Source of the DNA: Calditrichia bacterium
Lineage (GTDB): Bacteria > Calditrichota > Calditrichia > JAJRVZ01
NCBI GenBank assembly: GCA_963765585.1
Contig: CAVXXB010000003.1
Location: 38,025-102,024 of the forward strand
Length of the DNA: 64,000 nucleotides
Direction: 5' to 3'
The translations under genes were made by a program, and so were the position numbers. A model generated the notes under the pieces. It did no database searches and was not told the DNA's origin. It was given only the letters and a program-made list of their open reading frames with translations. How positions within the stretch are numbered: the first letter of the stretch is position 1; every line of letters starts with the position of its first letter. Positions 49,142-60,587 of the stretch are shown piece after piece.

Positions 49142-52100
49142 TCAGCTATTTGAATAATCCAATGTGGCCATTCCGCTATATAATTGCCACTTTTCTTTCA
49201 CATCCTGCTTTGCCTGTTTCATAAGTTTCTTTGCAGCTTCCGGATGTGATTTTGTAAGCATACGATAGCGGGTTTCATTATAAGCATATGTCTGGAAATC
49301 GATAGAAGGTGCTTTTGAATCCAGTTTCAATGGATTCTGGCCTTCGGCTGCCATGTCCGGATTATAGCGATACAACGGCCAGTAGCCACTATCCACAGCC
49401 AGTTTTTGCTGATCAAGCCCCTTCCGCATATTAATACCATGCGCAATACAGTGACTATATGCAATGATGATCGATGGTCCATCATATGCTTCCGCTTCAA
49501 TAAAGGCCCGAACGGTTTGTGCATCACTTGATCCCATCGCCACCTGTGCAACATACACATTGCCATAGCTCATGGCCAGCATTCCCAGGTCTTTCCTTTT
49601 AATTGGCTTGCCGCTGGCAGCAAATTTTGCCACCGCACCACGAGGCGTTGCTTTTGACATCTGACCACCGGTATTGGAATATACTTCCGTATCCAGAACC
49701 AGAACATTGACATTTTTACCCGATGCCAGAACGTGATCCAGACCGCCATATCCGATATCATAGGCCCAGCCATCGCCTCCCATAATCCAAACGCTCTTTT
49801 TTACCAGCATGTCGGCAAGACTGTGCAATTGTTTTGCTTCGGATGAATCCACTTTTGCCAGCACTTCTTTCAGACTTTCAACTCGCTCGCGCTGCTCAAT
49901 AATCCCGGCTTCTCCGGTCTGATCTGCATTTAAGATAGCGTCTGCCAGTTTTTTATCCACGCCACCGTTCATGCCTTTGAGTAATTCTCTGGCATATTCG
50001 GTATGTTTGTCGATGGTTAACCGGAAACCAAGACCAAATTCTGCATTATCTTCAAAAAGTGAATTTGACCATGAAGGACCGCGGCCATCTTTATTCTGTG
50101 CCCATGGGGTCGTCGGCAGGTTGCCGCCATAAATGGAAGAGCACCCGGTCGCATTGGCGATAATAGTACGATCACCAAACAACTGACTGACTAATTTTAC
50201 ATATGGCGTCTCACCACAACCGGTACATGCGCCTGAGAACTCAAACAGTGGTTGTAACACCTGGGATCCTTTTACCGTATTGGCCGTTACCTCTTTTCTG
50301 TCCAATTCAGGAATATCCAGGAAAAAGTTCCAGTTTTCCTTTTCGGTCTCTCTTAATGGCGGCTGATCAGCCATATTGATCGCTTTCAAACGGATTTCTT
50401 TTTTATTCTTTACGGGACAAACCTCAACACAGAGTGCACATCCGGTACAGTCTTCCGGCGCAACCTGCAGGGTGTACATCATGTCGTCGGTGTACTCTTT
50501 TCCTCTGGCCTTTGCCGACTTAAATGTCTCCGGCGCATCTTTTAACAGATCTTTATTATATACTTTGGGACGAATTACCGCATGGGGACATACAAATGCA
50601 CACTTATTACACTGTATACATATTTCTTCATCCCAAACCGGTATTTCCAGTGAAATGTTCCGCTTTTCCCATTGTGTTGTTGCTGTTGGGAATGTACCGT
50701 CTATTGGAAACATGCTGACAGGAATTTGATCACCACGTCCGGCAATTATTTCTGCGGTTACCTGTTTTACGAAATCAGGTGCATTATCGGGAACAACAGG
50801 CGGTAATTCAACTTTACTGTCGGCAGTTTGCGGAACTTTAAATTCATGCAGATTGGCCAGGGTGGTATCTACCGCCTCATAATTCTTTTGAACTACTTCA
50901 TCACCTTTGGCGCCATATGTTTTTTTGATCGAATCTTTGATCTTAGCAATAGCCTCATCTTTAGGCAAAATCCCTGAAATTGCAAAGAAACAGGTTTGCA
51001 TAATCGTATTTGTTCTGCTCCCCATACCGGCTTCTTTTGCCACATCGTATGCATCAATGATATACATCTTCAACTTTTTATCGATAATTTCCTGTTGAAC
51101 TTTCTTAGGAATTTTGTCCCATGTTTCCTCATGAGGATAAGGACTGTTCAGCAAAAAAACAGCGCCGTCAACCGCAGTTGCAAGGACATCATTTTTCTCA
51201 AGAAATACAAACTGGTGACAGCCGATAAAATTAGCCGTACTAACCAGATATGTAGAGTGAATCGGATTTGGCCCAAATCTAAGGTGAGAAATGGTCATCG
51301 ACCCGGACTTTTTCGAATCATATACAAAATAACCCTGGGCAAAATTATCAGTTCCCTCGCCAATGATCTTAATTGAGTTTTTATTGGCTCCAACCGTACC
51401 ATCTGCACCCAGACCATAGAACATAGCACGTACCACATCATCTTTTTCCGTGCTATAACCTGGATCGTAGTCAAGACTGGTATGGGTTACATCATCATTA
51501 ATACCTACTGTGAAATGATTTTTGGGTTTGTCTTTATTCAACTCATCAAATACGGCTTTTACCATCGCCGGAGTAAATTCTTTAGAGGAGAGACCATATC
51601 GCCCGCCGATTATTTTGGGCATTTCTGCGGTAGGTAAATTACCATCGGTCTGAGCCTCACTTAATGCTGTAATAACGTCGATATATAACGGTTCGCCCGC
51701 GCCACCTGGTTCCTTTGTTCTGTCCAGAACAGCAATTGATTTAACAGTTGAAGGAATTGCAGAGATAAAATGCTTGATTGAGAACGGACGATACAAGCGC
51801 ACTTTTAATAAACCGACTTTTTCACCCCCGGCACTCAGATGATCTACCGTTTCGTGAGTCGTCTCGGCACCGGAGCCCATCATAATGATGAGACGCTCAG
51901 CATCTTTGGGACCATAATATTCAAAAAGTTTATATTCACGTCCAACAACTTTTGCAAATTTGTCCATAGTCTCCTGAACAATATCTGCACACGCATCATA
52001 AAATGGATTGATAGTTTCACGACACTGAAAAAACACATCCGGATTCTGAGCCGTACCACGCAAGACCGGATGATCCGGTGATAATGCCCGTTTACGATGT

Positions 52101-52705
52101 TCAATAATCAGATCATCATCCATCATCGCTTTCAGGTCCTCATCAATCAATGCCTCAATTTTTTGAACTTCATGGGATGTACGAAATCCATCAAAAAAGT
52201 GAATCATTGGAATACGTGTTTTTAAAGTAGCCGCATGACTGATCAGTGTAAAATCCATGGCCTCCTGTACGGAATTTGATGAAAGCAGTCCAAACCCCGT
52301 AGCCCTGACAGCCATTACATCACTATGGTCACCAAATATCGACAACGCATGTGCAGCCACAGATCTTGCGGATACATGAAATACCGTTGGTGTAAGTTCT
52401 CCGGCAATTTTATACATGTTAGGGATCATCAACAATAGCCCCTGAGAAGCCGTAAAGGTCGTTGTCAAAGCACCGGTTTGAAGTGCGCCATGAACAGCGC
52501 CCGATGCACCCCCTTCACTTTGCATCTCTGTTACTATGGGAATGGTTCCCCAAATATTCTTTCTTTCTTCTGCAGAATACGCATCCGCCCACTCACCCAT
52601 GTTTGATGATGGGGTAATCGGATAAATGGCGATAACCTCATTAATTTTGTGTGCCACCAGCGCGACTGCTTCATTTCCATCAATAGTCAACTTCGGTCGT
52701 TTCAT
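49142..52705 (-). CDS. nifJ: Pyruvate:ferredoxin (flavodoxin) oxidoreductase, single-polypeptide form
   Basis: 1187 aa. Two 4Fe-4S ferredoxin motifs (CIQCNKCAFVCP, CTGCALCVEVCP), a ThDP-binding region (GGDGWAYDIGYGGLDH) and conserved PFOR domains I to VI. Confidence 0.95.
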   Translation of the reverse strand: MKRPKLTIDGNEAVALVAHKINEVIAIYPITPSSNMGEWADAYSAEERKNIWGTIPIVTEMQSEGGASGAVHGALQTGALTTTFTASQGLLLMIPNMYKIAGELTPTVFHVSARSVAAHALSIFGDHSDVMAVRATGFGLLSSNSVQEAMDFTLISHAATLKTRIPMIHFFDGFRTSHEVQKIEALIDEDLKAMMDDDLIIEHRKRALSPDHPVLRGTAQNPDVFFQCRETINPFYDACADIVQETMDKFAKVVGREYKLFEYYGPKDAERLIIMMGSGAETTHETVDHLSAGGEKVGLLKVRLYRPFSIKHFISAIPSTVKSIAVLDRTKEPGGAGEPLYIDVITALSEAQTDGNLPTAEMPKIIGGRYGLSSKEFTPAMVKAVFDELNKDKPKNHFTVGINDDVTHTSLDYDPGYSTEKDDVVRAMFYGLGADGTVGANKNSIKIIGEGTDNFAQGYFVYDSKKSGSMTISHLRFGPNPIHSTYLVSTANFIGCHQFVFLEKNDVLATAVDGAVFLLNSPYPHEETWDKIPKKVQQEIIDKKLKMYIIDAYDVAKEAGMGSRTNTIMQTCFFAISGILPKDEAIAKIKDSIKKTYGAKGDEVVQKNYEAVDTTLANLHEFKVPQTADSKVELPPVVPDNAPDFVKQVTAEIIAGRGDQIPVSMFPIDGTFPTATTQWEKRNISLEIPVWDEEICIQCNKCAFVCPHAVIRPKVYNKDLLKDAPETFKSAKARGKEYTDDMMYTLQVAPEDCTGCALCVEVCPVKNKKEIRLKAINMADQPPLRETEKENWNFFLDIPELDRKEVTANTVKGSQVLQPLFEFSGACTGCGETPYVKLVSQLFGDRTIIANATGCSSIYGGNLPTTPWAQNKDGRGPSWSNSLFEDNAEFGLGFRLTIDKHTEYARELLKGMNGGVDKKLADAILNADQTGEAGIIEQRERVESLKEVLAKVDSSEAKQLHSLADMLVKKSVWIMGGDGWAYDIGYGGLDHVLASGKNVNVLVLDTEVYSNTGGQMSKATPRGAVAKFAASGKPIKRKDLGMLAMSYGNVYVAQVAMGSSDAQTVRAFIEAEAYDGPSIIIAYSHCIAHGINMRKGLDQQKLAVDSGYWPLYRYNPDMAAEGQNPLKLDSKAPSIDFQTYAYNETRYRMLTKSHPEAAKKLMKQAKQDVKEKWQLYSGMATLDYSNS

Positions 52706-52985
52706 TTATTCCTCCTGATTATGGAAAATTTCTCTATAAAATTTTCAATATTCATAATGTTAATCATTCTTTTACAAATTTAAACATAAAAATCTAAACT
52801 AATAGCGCTTTATTTAAGACAATAAGTATGCCAAAAACTTAAAACAAAGGGAAACTTAAAAATAACAATAGCTTAGGGAATTGATCCTATATCCAGAGAA
52901 GATAATTTTTCTCAAATTTTAGAAGAAATATAAAAAAAAACTCAAAATTAAGAGAATTTCAACAGATTTCATGTTCTTGTGAGGA

Positions 52986-54314
52986 TTAATGAAGGTAAGA
53001 GCGTGCGTTACCGGGAAAGACGTATTCAAGATTTATGAGTCGCCAGCCATAGAGCGTCGGTTTTATACTGGCATCAATTATCATTCCTGCAAGCATGGTA
53101 TTATTAAAAGGAATTGAAATCTGTACATTCTTATATTTGTCTTTGAGAAAATGATCGTGTAACCGGGTTAATCCATTCGCGTGGACTTCTTCCACAATAA
53201 ATAATGAACTGACGACCTTGGCTTCAGGATCATTTGAGACCAAAACTCCGTCGATCATAGAATTATTATTAAAATAACCCCTGGTAATCAAAATTGAGTT
53301 TTTAAATTCCTGGAAATATTTATGGATGATATCCTGGAAATGATGATTGAGGTTTATTTCTCTGGTAAGATCAAGCCATTTAAAAAACCGGCTCATTGTA
53401 TCTTCAACCATATCGGGTTGTACATCCATTTCCAACACAATTTCACGGATTAACCAGAAGATAAAAAATTCTTCCAGATCTTCATATGTTATTTCATCCA
53501 GGCGATCGATACCGGCATACTCTTCCAGATATGTATGAAATAATCTTAAAATAAGTGAATCATGTTCGGAATTGTTGGTAGTAGCATCAGACTGATCCAA
53601 AAATTCGTCTATCAGATTTGCAATTTGATACTCACCGAGTTTCCACATCTCAGTATCATCCATATCATCATCAAACTGGTATTGAAACAGGTCGTCCCAA
53701 TCTTCTTGTGAATCCTGTATCAGTTTCTCAAACAGTCCCGAGGCAGATTCTTTGGGATTATGTAAAAATTGCTGACCATGTGCTTCGATAAATATTTCCA
53801 CAATAGATGTAATAAAATCAGCAAATTGCATCAATCCGATATCTGTATCCTCCAGATCGATACCCATTTCATAATTATAGAAATCAAAGAGAGTGTCCAA
53901 AACAACATAATTTAAAATGTCCGTAAGAAAAAATTGTTTTTTCTTAAGTTCTTCGGTCTGTGCGAATTGAAGTAGCGGAAAGTGCGGGGAATCCAGTTTA
54001 ATTTCCTGAGGATTCATCTTTTCATTGAGTTTTGTCGGACACGCCAGGGAACAATCACCGAAGCAATTATTCTCCAGGAATGACTCAAAACTATCCCCGA
54101 TATTAAACGCCAGGGTACCTATATCTTCGGACTCAATCTGTAAATAACCTATCAATTGCTTCTTATTCAGATAACTCGTTTCAATCTGATTACCAAGAAA
54201 ATTGATCATTAAATATGAAAAATAATCCAGATTGGAAAGTTCATATAATTCCTTTTCCCAGGATGATATAAACTCTTGAATAGATATGTATGTTTTCTCG
54301 GATCTCTGAGACAA
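52986..54314 (-). CDS. Hypothetical acidic protein (442 aa)
   Basis: Long ORF rich in D/E, with a CFGDCSLACP motif. No family recognised. Confidence 0.45.
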   Translation of the reverse strand: MSQRSEKTYISIQEFISSWEKELYELSNLDYFSYLMINFLGNQIETSYLNKKQLIGYLQIESEDIGTLAFNIGDSFESFLENNCFGDCSLACPTKLNEKMNPQEIKLDSPHFPLLQFAQTEELKKKQFFLTDILNYVVLDTLFDFYNYEMGIDLEDTDIGLMQFADFITSIVEIFIEAHGQQFLHNPKESASGLFEKLIQDSQEDWDDLFQYQFDDDMDDTEMWKLGEYQIANLIDEFLDQSDATTNNSEHDSLILRLFHTYLEEYAGIDRLDEITYEDLEEFFIFWLIREIVLEMDVQPDMVEDTMSRFFKWLDLTREINLNHHFQDIIHKYFQEFKNSILITRGYFNNNSMIDGVLVSNDPEAKVVSSLFIVEEVHANGLTRLHDHFLKDKYKNVQISIPFNNTMLAGMIIDASIKPTLYGWRLINLEYVFPGNARSYLH

Positions 54315-54640
54315 TTTTTTTTCTCCAGTACCTGCTAAAATATAACACTGAGCCGGCCTACAGTCAAGATTGTTCTTAGCAGAATTTCACATCCTATAAC
54401 TAATTATAATTCAATTTTGTTTCGATTTTTATGGATTTATTCAGATTGCGCTTCAATTTTTATTTTTGTACCTTTTTTCGTACTCCGGTATCCATACAAC
54501 TCCTTCTAACTGCCTGAAAAAATTGGTGCTACACTGGCTTAAATTGAATAAAATGCTACCTGATTTATTATGGATATCCGGTTTTTTTTAATTAATGCAT
54601 GATTATATCATTTTAGAAGAGATAGTGCAATCTTTCCGGT

Positions 54641-55270
54641 TTGGTGAGAGAAATGAGTTCCAAATACAAATACATTTTGATAATTTTGCTATCCACCGGA
54701 TTTGCACTTGTTGTGGGCTTTGCCGGTAGTTATTACTGGATAAAAAACGTATACCTGAAAGAGCAAATTGAACTTAAAGTTAATGCAAAGAAGTTAACTG
54801 AGTGGTATCAGGAGGATACATTTGTCCCACCAAAAAATAACAAAATTACTGATAAACAAATGGCAGCCTTTTTACTAACAAATCAACATTTATCCTATTT
54901 ACTGGAAAGAATGCAAAAACAACTCCAGGAGAACAGCTGGTCAATCGCTATTGAGGTAATTAAATTACAGCCGGAGTGGCAAGCGAAGAAGTACATTGCA
55001 TTACAAGAGAGCGAACTTTCACCAATGGAATATGACTGGATTGCCAATCAGGTTGTTCATTTCTGGATATATCAATGGAAACAGGAATCTTTACAAATAT
55101 TAAATGAATACGGCTGGTCATTTGACAATTTAAAGCATGACGAGGATACATTTCTCGTGAATCTTGAATTGTTGCGCAAATATGAAAAAGAATTGATTAA
55201 AACTTTTAATCTTCTCTGGCCCGATCAGGATACACCCAAAATGCTAACTAAAGATTCTTTGGCTAATTAG
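54641..55270 (+). CDS. Hypothetical membrane-anchored protein (209 aa)
   Basis: Single N-terminal TM helix (ILIILLSTGFALVVGFAG), then a charged helical domain. Confidence 0.4.
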   Translation: MVREMSSKYKYILIILLSTGFALVVGFAGSYYWIKNVYLKEQIELKVNAKKLTEWYQEDTFVPPKNNKITDKQMAAFLLTNQHLSYLLERMQKQLQENSWSIAIEVIKLQPEWQAKKYIALQESELSPMEYDWIANQVVHFWIYQWKQESLQILNEYGWSFDNLKHDEDTFLVNLELLRKYEKELIKTFNLLWPDQDTPKMLTKDSLAN

Positions 55271-56441
55271 TATTTGCCTTGAATACCCGCATTAAATTTC
55301 CACCTAAAATTTTTTTAATTCGCTCTTCCGAATAACCCCGCTTTATCATTTCTCTAGTCAGATTGGCCATTTTCCCAACATGTTCGATCCCTTTGGGGGT
55401 GATAGACATGCCATCAAAATCTGAACCCAGTCCCACATGATCATCCCCGACCAGTTTGATTATGGCATCAATATGGTCAATGATTATACCTAAATCGGGT
55501 AAATAAGAGTCGGCTTTCTCCCTCAAAAATGAATTTCTGTGTGCGCGATAAGACAACCGATCTTTGCCATATACCTGCTTCAACGAATCGATTTCCGGCT
55601 TGTACTTTGCAATGGTCTTGTCATGTTCCCGGGTAAATTCATAGCTCAGATATACCGGATAAAAATTCACAAACAGGACGCCGCCCTTTTCCGCCAGGGC
55701 CTGTATTTGCTCCTTCTTCAAATTTCGATAATGCCAGCGTAAATCATATACACAGGAATGTGATGCGATCACTGGTTTGGTTGAAACTTCAATCACATCC
55801 CAAAATGTTTGTTCCCCTGCGTGAGACACATCAACCATCATTCCGATTTCATTCATTTTTTTTACAACCGTTTTCCCAAAATCAGACAAGCCTTTTCGTA
55901 CAAGAAGTGTATCGTGATATTCATCTTTGGCAGACGTCGCCCAATCCGGGCTGTCTTCCCAGGTAAGACCAAGATAGCGAACCCCGCGATCATAAAAGGT
56001 CTGTAAGTTTTCAAGACTGTTTTCAATGGCCGTGCCACCTTCCACACCGATACAGGCAGCAATCTTTTTTTCACCTACCGTCTGTAATATTTCAGATGGT
56101 GAGCGTGTCAGGGCTATTTTATCTGCATTCTCTGACAGCACCTGGTCCAACCGGTCAAGTAAACCTATGGATTGCTCAAACATTTTATCCGGTGGTGATG
56201 AGTTTGGATTTGGCCAGATGACAAAGTATTGAACATCCACCCCACCTTCTTTAAGCCGCACCAAATCCACATGGCCATAATCAAGTCTTTGAGAAATATC
56301 CGCACCCCTGAGCACTTGTAACAATACATCCGTATGCATGTCCACTACAATTGCTTCATCATGAATGCGGTTAACCTCATCCTGAGCGAAACACAGATTC
56401 AGAAATATTAATAGACCCACAAATATATTTGTTTTTATCAT
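55263..56441 (-). CDS. Membrane dipeptidase (peptidase family M19)
   Basis: Signal peptide. VVDMHTDVL is the HxD zinc ligand of M19. The family-typical C-terminal region HVGLGSDFDG is present. Confidence 0.8.
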   Translation of the reverse strand: MIKTNIFVGLLIFLNLCFAQDEVNRIHDEAIVVDMHTDVLLQVLRGADISQRLDYGHVDLVRLKEGGVDVQYFVIWPNPNSSPPDKMFEQSIGLLDRLDQVLSENADKIALTRSPSEILQTVGEKKIAACIGVEGGTAIENSLENLQTFYDRGVRYLGLTWEDSPDWATSAKDEYHDTLLVRKGLSDFGKTVVKKMNEIGMMVDVSHAGEQTFWDVIEVSTKPVIASHSCVYDLRWHYRNLKKEQIQALAEKGGVLFVNFYPVYLSYEFTREHDKTIAKYKPEIDSLKQVYGKDRLSYRAHRNSFLREKADSYLPDLGIIIDHIDAIIKLVGDDHVGLGSDFDGMSITPKGIEHVGKMANLTREMIKRGYSEERIKKILGGNLMRVFKANTN

Positions 56442-58192
56442 TCGACCAACTCCAGACTTTCTTCCAGGCGCTGTTTTTCATAGAGATCAGAGTAGATACC
56501 ACCCCGGATTAATAATTCCTGATGTGTTCCTTCCTCAGCAATTTCCCCATCTTCCAGAACTATAATTTTATCTGCGTTTTTAATAGACGAAATACGATGG
56601 GATATCCATATACAGGTTCGATTATTCATGACTAATTTAAGCTGATCGAGAATTTTCTCTTCGGTAAGTGTATCCACTGCAGAGAGCGAATCATCCAGAA
56701 AAAGCATAGCCGGGTTTCGGATAATCGCCCGTGAAATTGCCAGGCGCTGTTTCTGTCCACCGGATAAATTTATACCACGCTCTCCGAGCAAAGTGTCATA
56801 TTTATGTGGAAATTCAAGAATAGAATCATGTATCTGGGCAATTTGGGCCGCATTTTCAATCTCCGTCTGCGAAGCTGTCGTATTGCCAAAGATTATATTT
56901 TCTGCAATCGTATCAGAGAATAAAAATGTCTCCTGAGGAATATATCCAATATTCCGGTGTAAGGTATCAAGAGGAATTTTTCGGATATCGATATCATCAA
57001 TAAAAATTGAATTCCGGGGCGGATCATAAATCCGGTTGAGCAAATTCAGTACCGTTGACTTACCGCATCCCGTGCGACCAACGATAGCTAAAATTTTACC
57101 CGATTCAATACTAAATGACATATTCTTTATTACCGAAACACCTCCGGAAGAATATGAAAACGTAAGATCCCGAAATTCGATTTTTCCTTTGATATCAGTA
57201 ATTGGCTCTACAATATCATCATCTCGTATTTCCGGTATGGTATCAAGAATCACATTGATGCGTTCCATCGACGCCGAACCTTGTTGGAAGATTCCGACAA
57301 CCCAACCCAGGGCGATGGAAGGCCAGACAAGCATCCCCATATATAATGTAAAAGCCACAAATGCACCCAGTGTAATTACTTCATCAACAATAAGAGTTCC
57401 CCCGACAAAAAGAACCAGAACCACACCTATGCCAACAATCAGCATCATCATGGGATGAAATGCCGCATATACTTTTACAAAGTCCATATTTTTTCTGATA
57501 TATTCACTATTCAGATTATTGAATGTCTCAATCTCACTTTTTTCCTGAGCATAAGATTTAACAATGCGAATTCCGGACAGGTTTTCCTGGGCCTTGGTAT
57601 TAATGCGTGAAAATTGCGCCTGGATTTTTTTGTAGCGATCATGGATCTTTGAGCCAAAATGATAAACAAAATAAGCCATAATCGGTATGGGTATCAGACC
57701 AACCAGGGTGAGCAATGGACTTATTGTAAACATCATCACGATTACAAATATAAATGTGATGATTGTATTGATAGAATACATGATTCCGGGCCCCAGAACC
57801 GAGCGTACCGCATTCAGATCATTAGTCATACGGGACATAATGTCACCGGTGGGCATTTCCTGAAAAAATCCGGCAGACATTTTTTGCAGATGGGCAAACA
57901 AATCATTCCTAAAATCATTTTCGATCAGTCTGGATCCGACGATGATTGTCTGGCGCATCAAAAACCGGAAAATACCCTGTCCCAACGAAATCAGAATTAT
58001 CAAACCGGCATATATCAATAACTGCCCTACGGCAATATCCTTTGCCAGATAATCAATTGCCAATTGTACTACTTTGGGATTGATAATTCCTATTCCGGTT
58101 CCAATGGTAATAAAAATGGTACCAAGAAAAATTTTACCTTTATATCGGAATAAATATTTTTTCAGGTATATAAATGTATTAAAAAATTTCAT
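56438..58192 (-). CDS. ABC transporter, fused permease/ATP-binding (multidrug/lipid exporter type)
   Basis: Six-TM exporter domain. Walker A GRTGCGKST, signature LSGGQKQR, Walker B LFLDDSLSAVD. It overlaps the dipeptidase start by 4 nt. Confidence 0.85.
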   Translation of the reverse strand: MKFFNTFIYLKKYLFRYKGKIFLGTIFITIGTGIGIINPKVVQLAIDYLAKDIAVGQLLIYAGLIILISLGQGIFRFLMRQTIIVGSRLIENDFRNDLFAHLQKMSAGFFQEMPTGDIMSRMTNDLNAVRSVLGPGIMYSINTIITFIFVIVMMFTISPLLTLVGLIPIPIMAYFVYHFGSKIHDRYKKIQAQFSRINTKAQENLSGIRIVKSYAQEKSEIETFNNLNSEYIRKNMDFVKVYAAFHPMMMLIVGIGVVLVLFVGGTLIVDEVITLGAFVAFTLYMGMLVWPSIALGWVVGIFQQGSASMERINVILDTIPEIRDDDIVEPITDIKGKIEFRDLTFSYSSGGVSVIKNMSFSIESGKILAIVGRTGCGKSTVLNLLNRIYDPPRNSIFIDDIDIRKIPLDTLHRNIGYIPQETFLFSDTIAENIIFGNTTASQTEIENAAQIAQIHDSILEFPHKYDTLLGERGINLSGGQKQRLAISRAIIRNPAMLFLDDSLSAVDTLTEEKILDQLKLVMNNRTCIWISHRISSIKNADKIIVLEDGEIAEEGTHQELLIRGGIYSDLYEKQRLEESLELVE

Positions 58193-58342
58193 TGTGTAAA
58201 TAATCTTTGGACTTTAGCGGAACAAAATAATTTTAAGTTAGTTAAAAAAATCTACATCATTTCCTGATATATATCAAATTTACTCTCTGTGGCATAATTT
58301 TTAATAACCACAGAGCACACAGAAAAACGATTTGTTAATAAT

Positions 58343-58420
58343 AATTCGGAACTGGGAATTAGTAAAGAAAAAGTGGATCGGTACTAAGTAACCAATTACC
58401 AATTCCTAATTCCGAATTCC
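58343..58420. repeat. Inverted repeat of GGAATT-type heptamers (aattcggaactgggaattagtaa ... ttaccaattcctaattccgaattcc)
   Basis: Read directly. It lies in a divergent promoter region. Confidence 0.65.
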
Positions 58421-58554
58421 TTTTTCATAGATGATCTCAGTAGCTTATATTTATTTTTTTGTTTATATAGAATATTTTATATTCCGGAAGAATTGACACA
58501 TCTGAATAAATAGTTGCTCATAGGTTTCACTTTATTGCACCCGATAGGCCTGAA

Positions 58555-59247
58555 ATGGAAATTAACAAGCTCTATCAGGGGGATACTACTCTTCGGGGGG
58601 AAGAGTTTGATCTGGATAATTTCAGACGCTTTCTGCATTATCCTGAAGAACGCGCATTGCCCCAAAATATTTCCGGTTTTCTTGATTCCGATCTGATTCC
58701 CCAATTATCCCACCACCCGGTTGCAAAGCAATTTCGCACCGTCCCAATCATGGAATGTGATGCAAAACTTAAAAAAGTGAAACTTAGCGATAGTCTTGAA
58801 TTTTCCGGACCATTAATATACAATCTACTCAAGTATTGCGATTTAGTTGTTGTCCATGCCCTGACAACAAAACCACATGAATTCACAGATGACTGGCAAT
58901 CATTTATATCATATTGCTTTTATAATACACTTATCCAAACTTCATCAGATTTATTACGCAAGCAAATCTTAGAAGAACTCCAGCTGCCCGAAAGCCGCCT
59001 CACTCAAAGATATGCGCCGGGGTATTGTGGCTGGCCAATACAGGACCAAAAAGCAATTTTAGACCTGCTAAATCCGGGAGCAATTGGAATAAATGTTGAC
59101 GAAACCCTGGCACTTGATCCGGCACATACTATTACCGGGGTATATGGGGTTCGAAGCAGTTCTGCCATTCGAGAAGAAATGCCATGTTATTCATGTACCA
59201 GCATTTCCTGTGGTGTACATTACGATTTTATAAAAGAAATTAAATAA
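58555..59247 (+). CDS. Methionine-synthase (MetH) reactivation/AdoMet-binding domain protein, stand-alone
   Basis: RYAPGYCGWP matches the MetH activation-domain RxxxGYxxxP AdoMet-binding motif. 230 aa. It lies directly upstream of a homocysteine-binding-domain gene. Confidence 0.55.
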   Translation: MEINKLYQGDTTLRGEEFDLDNFRRFLHYPEERALPQNISGFLDSDLIPQLSHHPVAKQFRTVPIMECDAKLKKVKLSDSLEFSGPLIYNLLKYCDLVVVHALTTKPHEFTDDWQSFISYCFYNTLIQTSSDLLRKQILEELQLPESRLTQRYAPGYCGWPIQDQKAILDLLNPGAIGINVDETLALDPAHTITGVYGVRSSSAIREEMPCYSCTSISCGVHYDFIKEIK

Positions 59248-59269
59248 TAATTTTAAATCGGTCTTAGCA

Positions 59270-60207
<938 letters not shown>

Positions 60208-60587
60208 TTTAAAAAAGGTTCGATTATTCAAATACTTGTCAAGTATTATTTTGTCTTTTATCTTTTTTACATAGGACTCAGAAATTTGTGATATCCTGAA
60301 ACAAGTTCAGGATGACGAATGGATCTATTATCCTCTTATCCCTTTAACCTTTTTCCTGCAACTTAGGGACTAAGGTGCTAATGGACTTTGTCTCTTTGTC
60401 TCTCAATTTTCTGTCTGCTGATTCCCACTATTTGTATATATTCACATCAATTTGCATATATAAAACATTTAATAACAAATCTTTATCCCGTGTAATTTAT
60501 TCTGTTGGAAAATGTGTACTTCCTCTTTATATTTGCACAATTGGATATATTAATACTACAAATAATTAATAAAAGCGGAGGTAGCGA

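Noticed and set aside
50376-51376. Two plus-strand ORFs (117 and 126 codons) inside the PFOR gene
   Set aside because: Antisense shadows within a 1187-aa gene that has unambiguous PFOR motifs.
58193-58554. Cobalamin or SAM riboswitch upstream of the split MetH genes
   Set aside because: No B12-box (GCCACUG-like) or SAM-I conserved core was recognisable by eye. The region is instead occupied by the GGAATT inverted repeat and the shared 20-mer.
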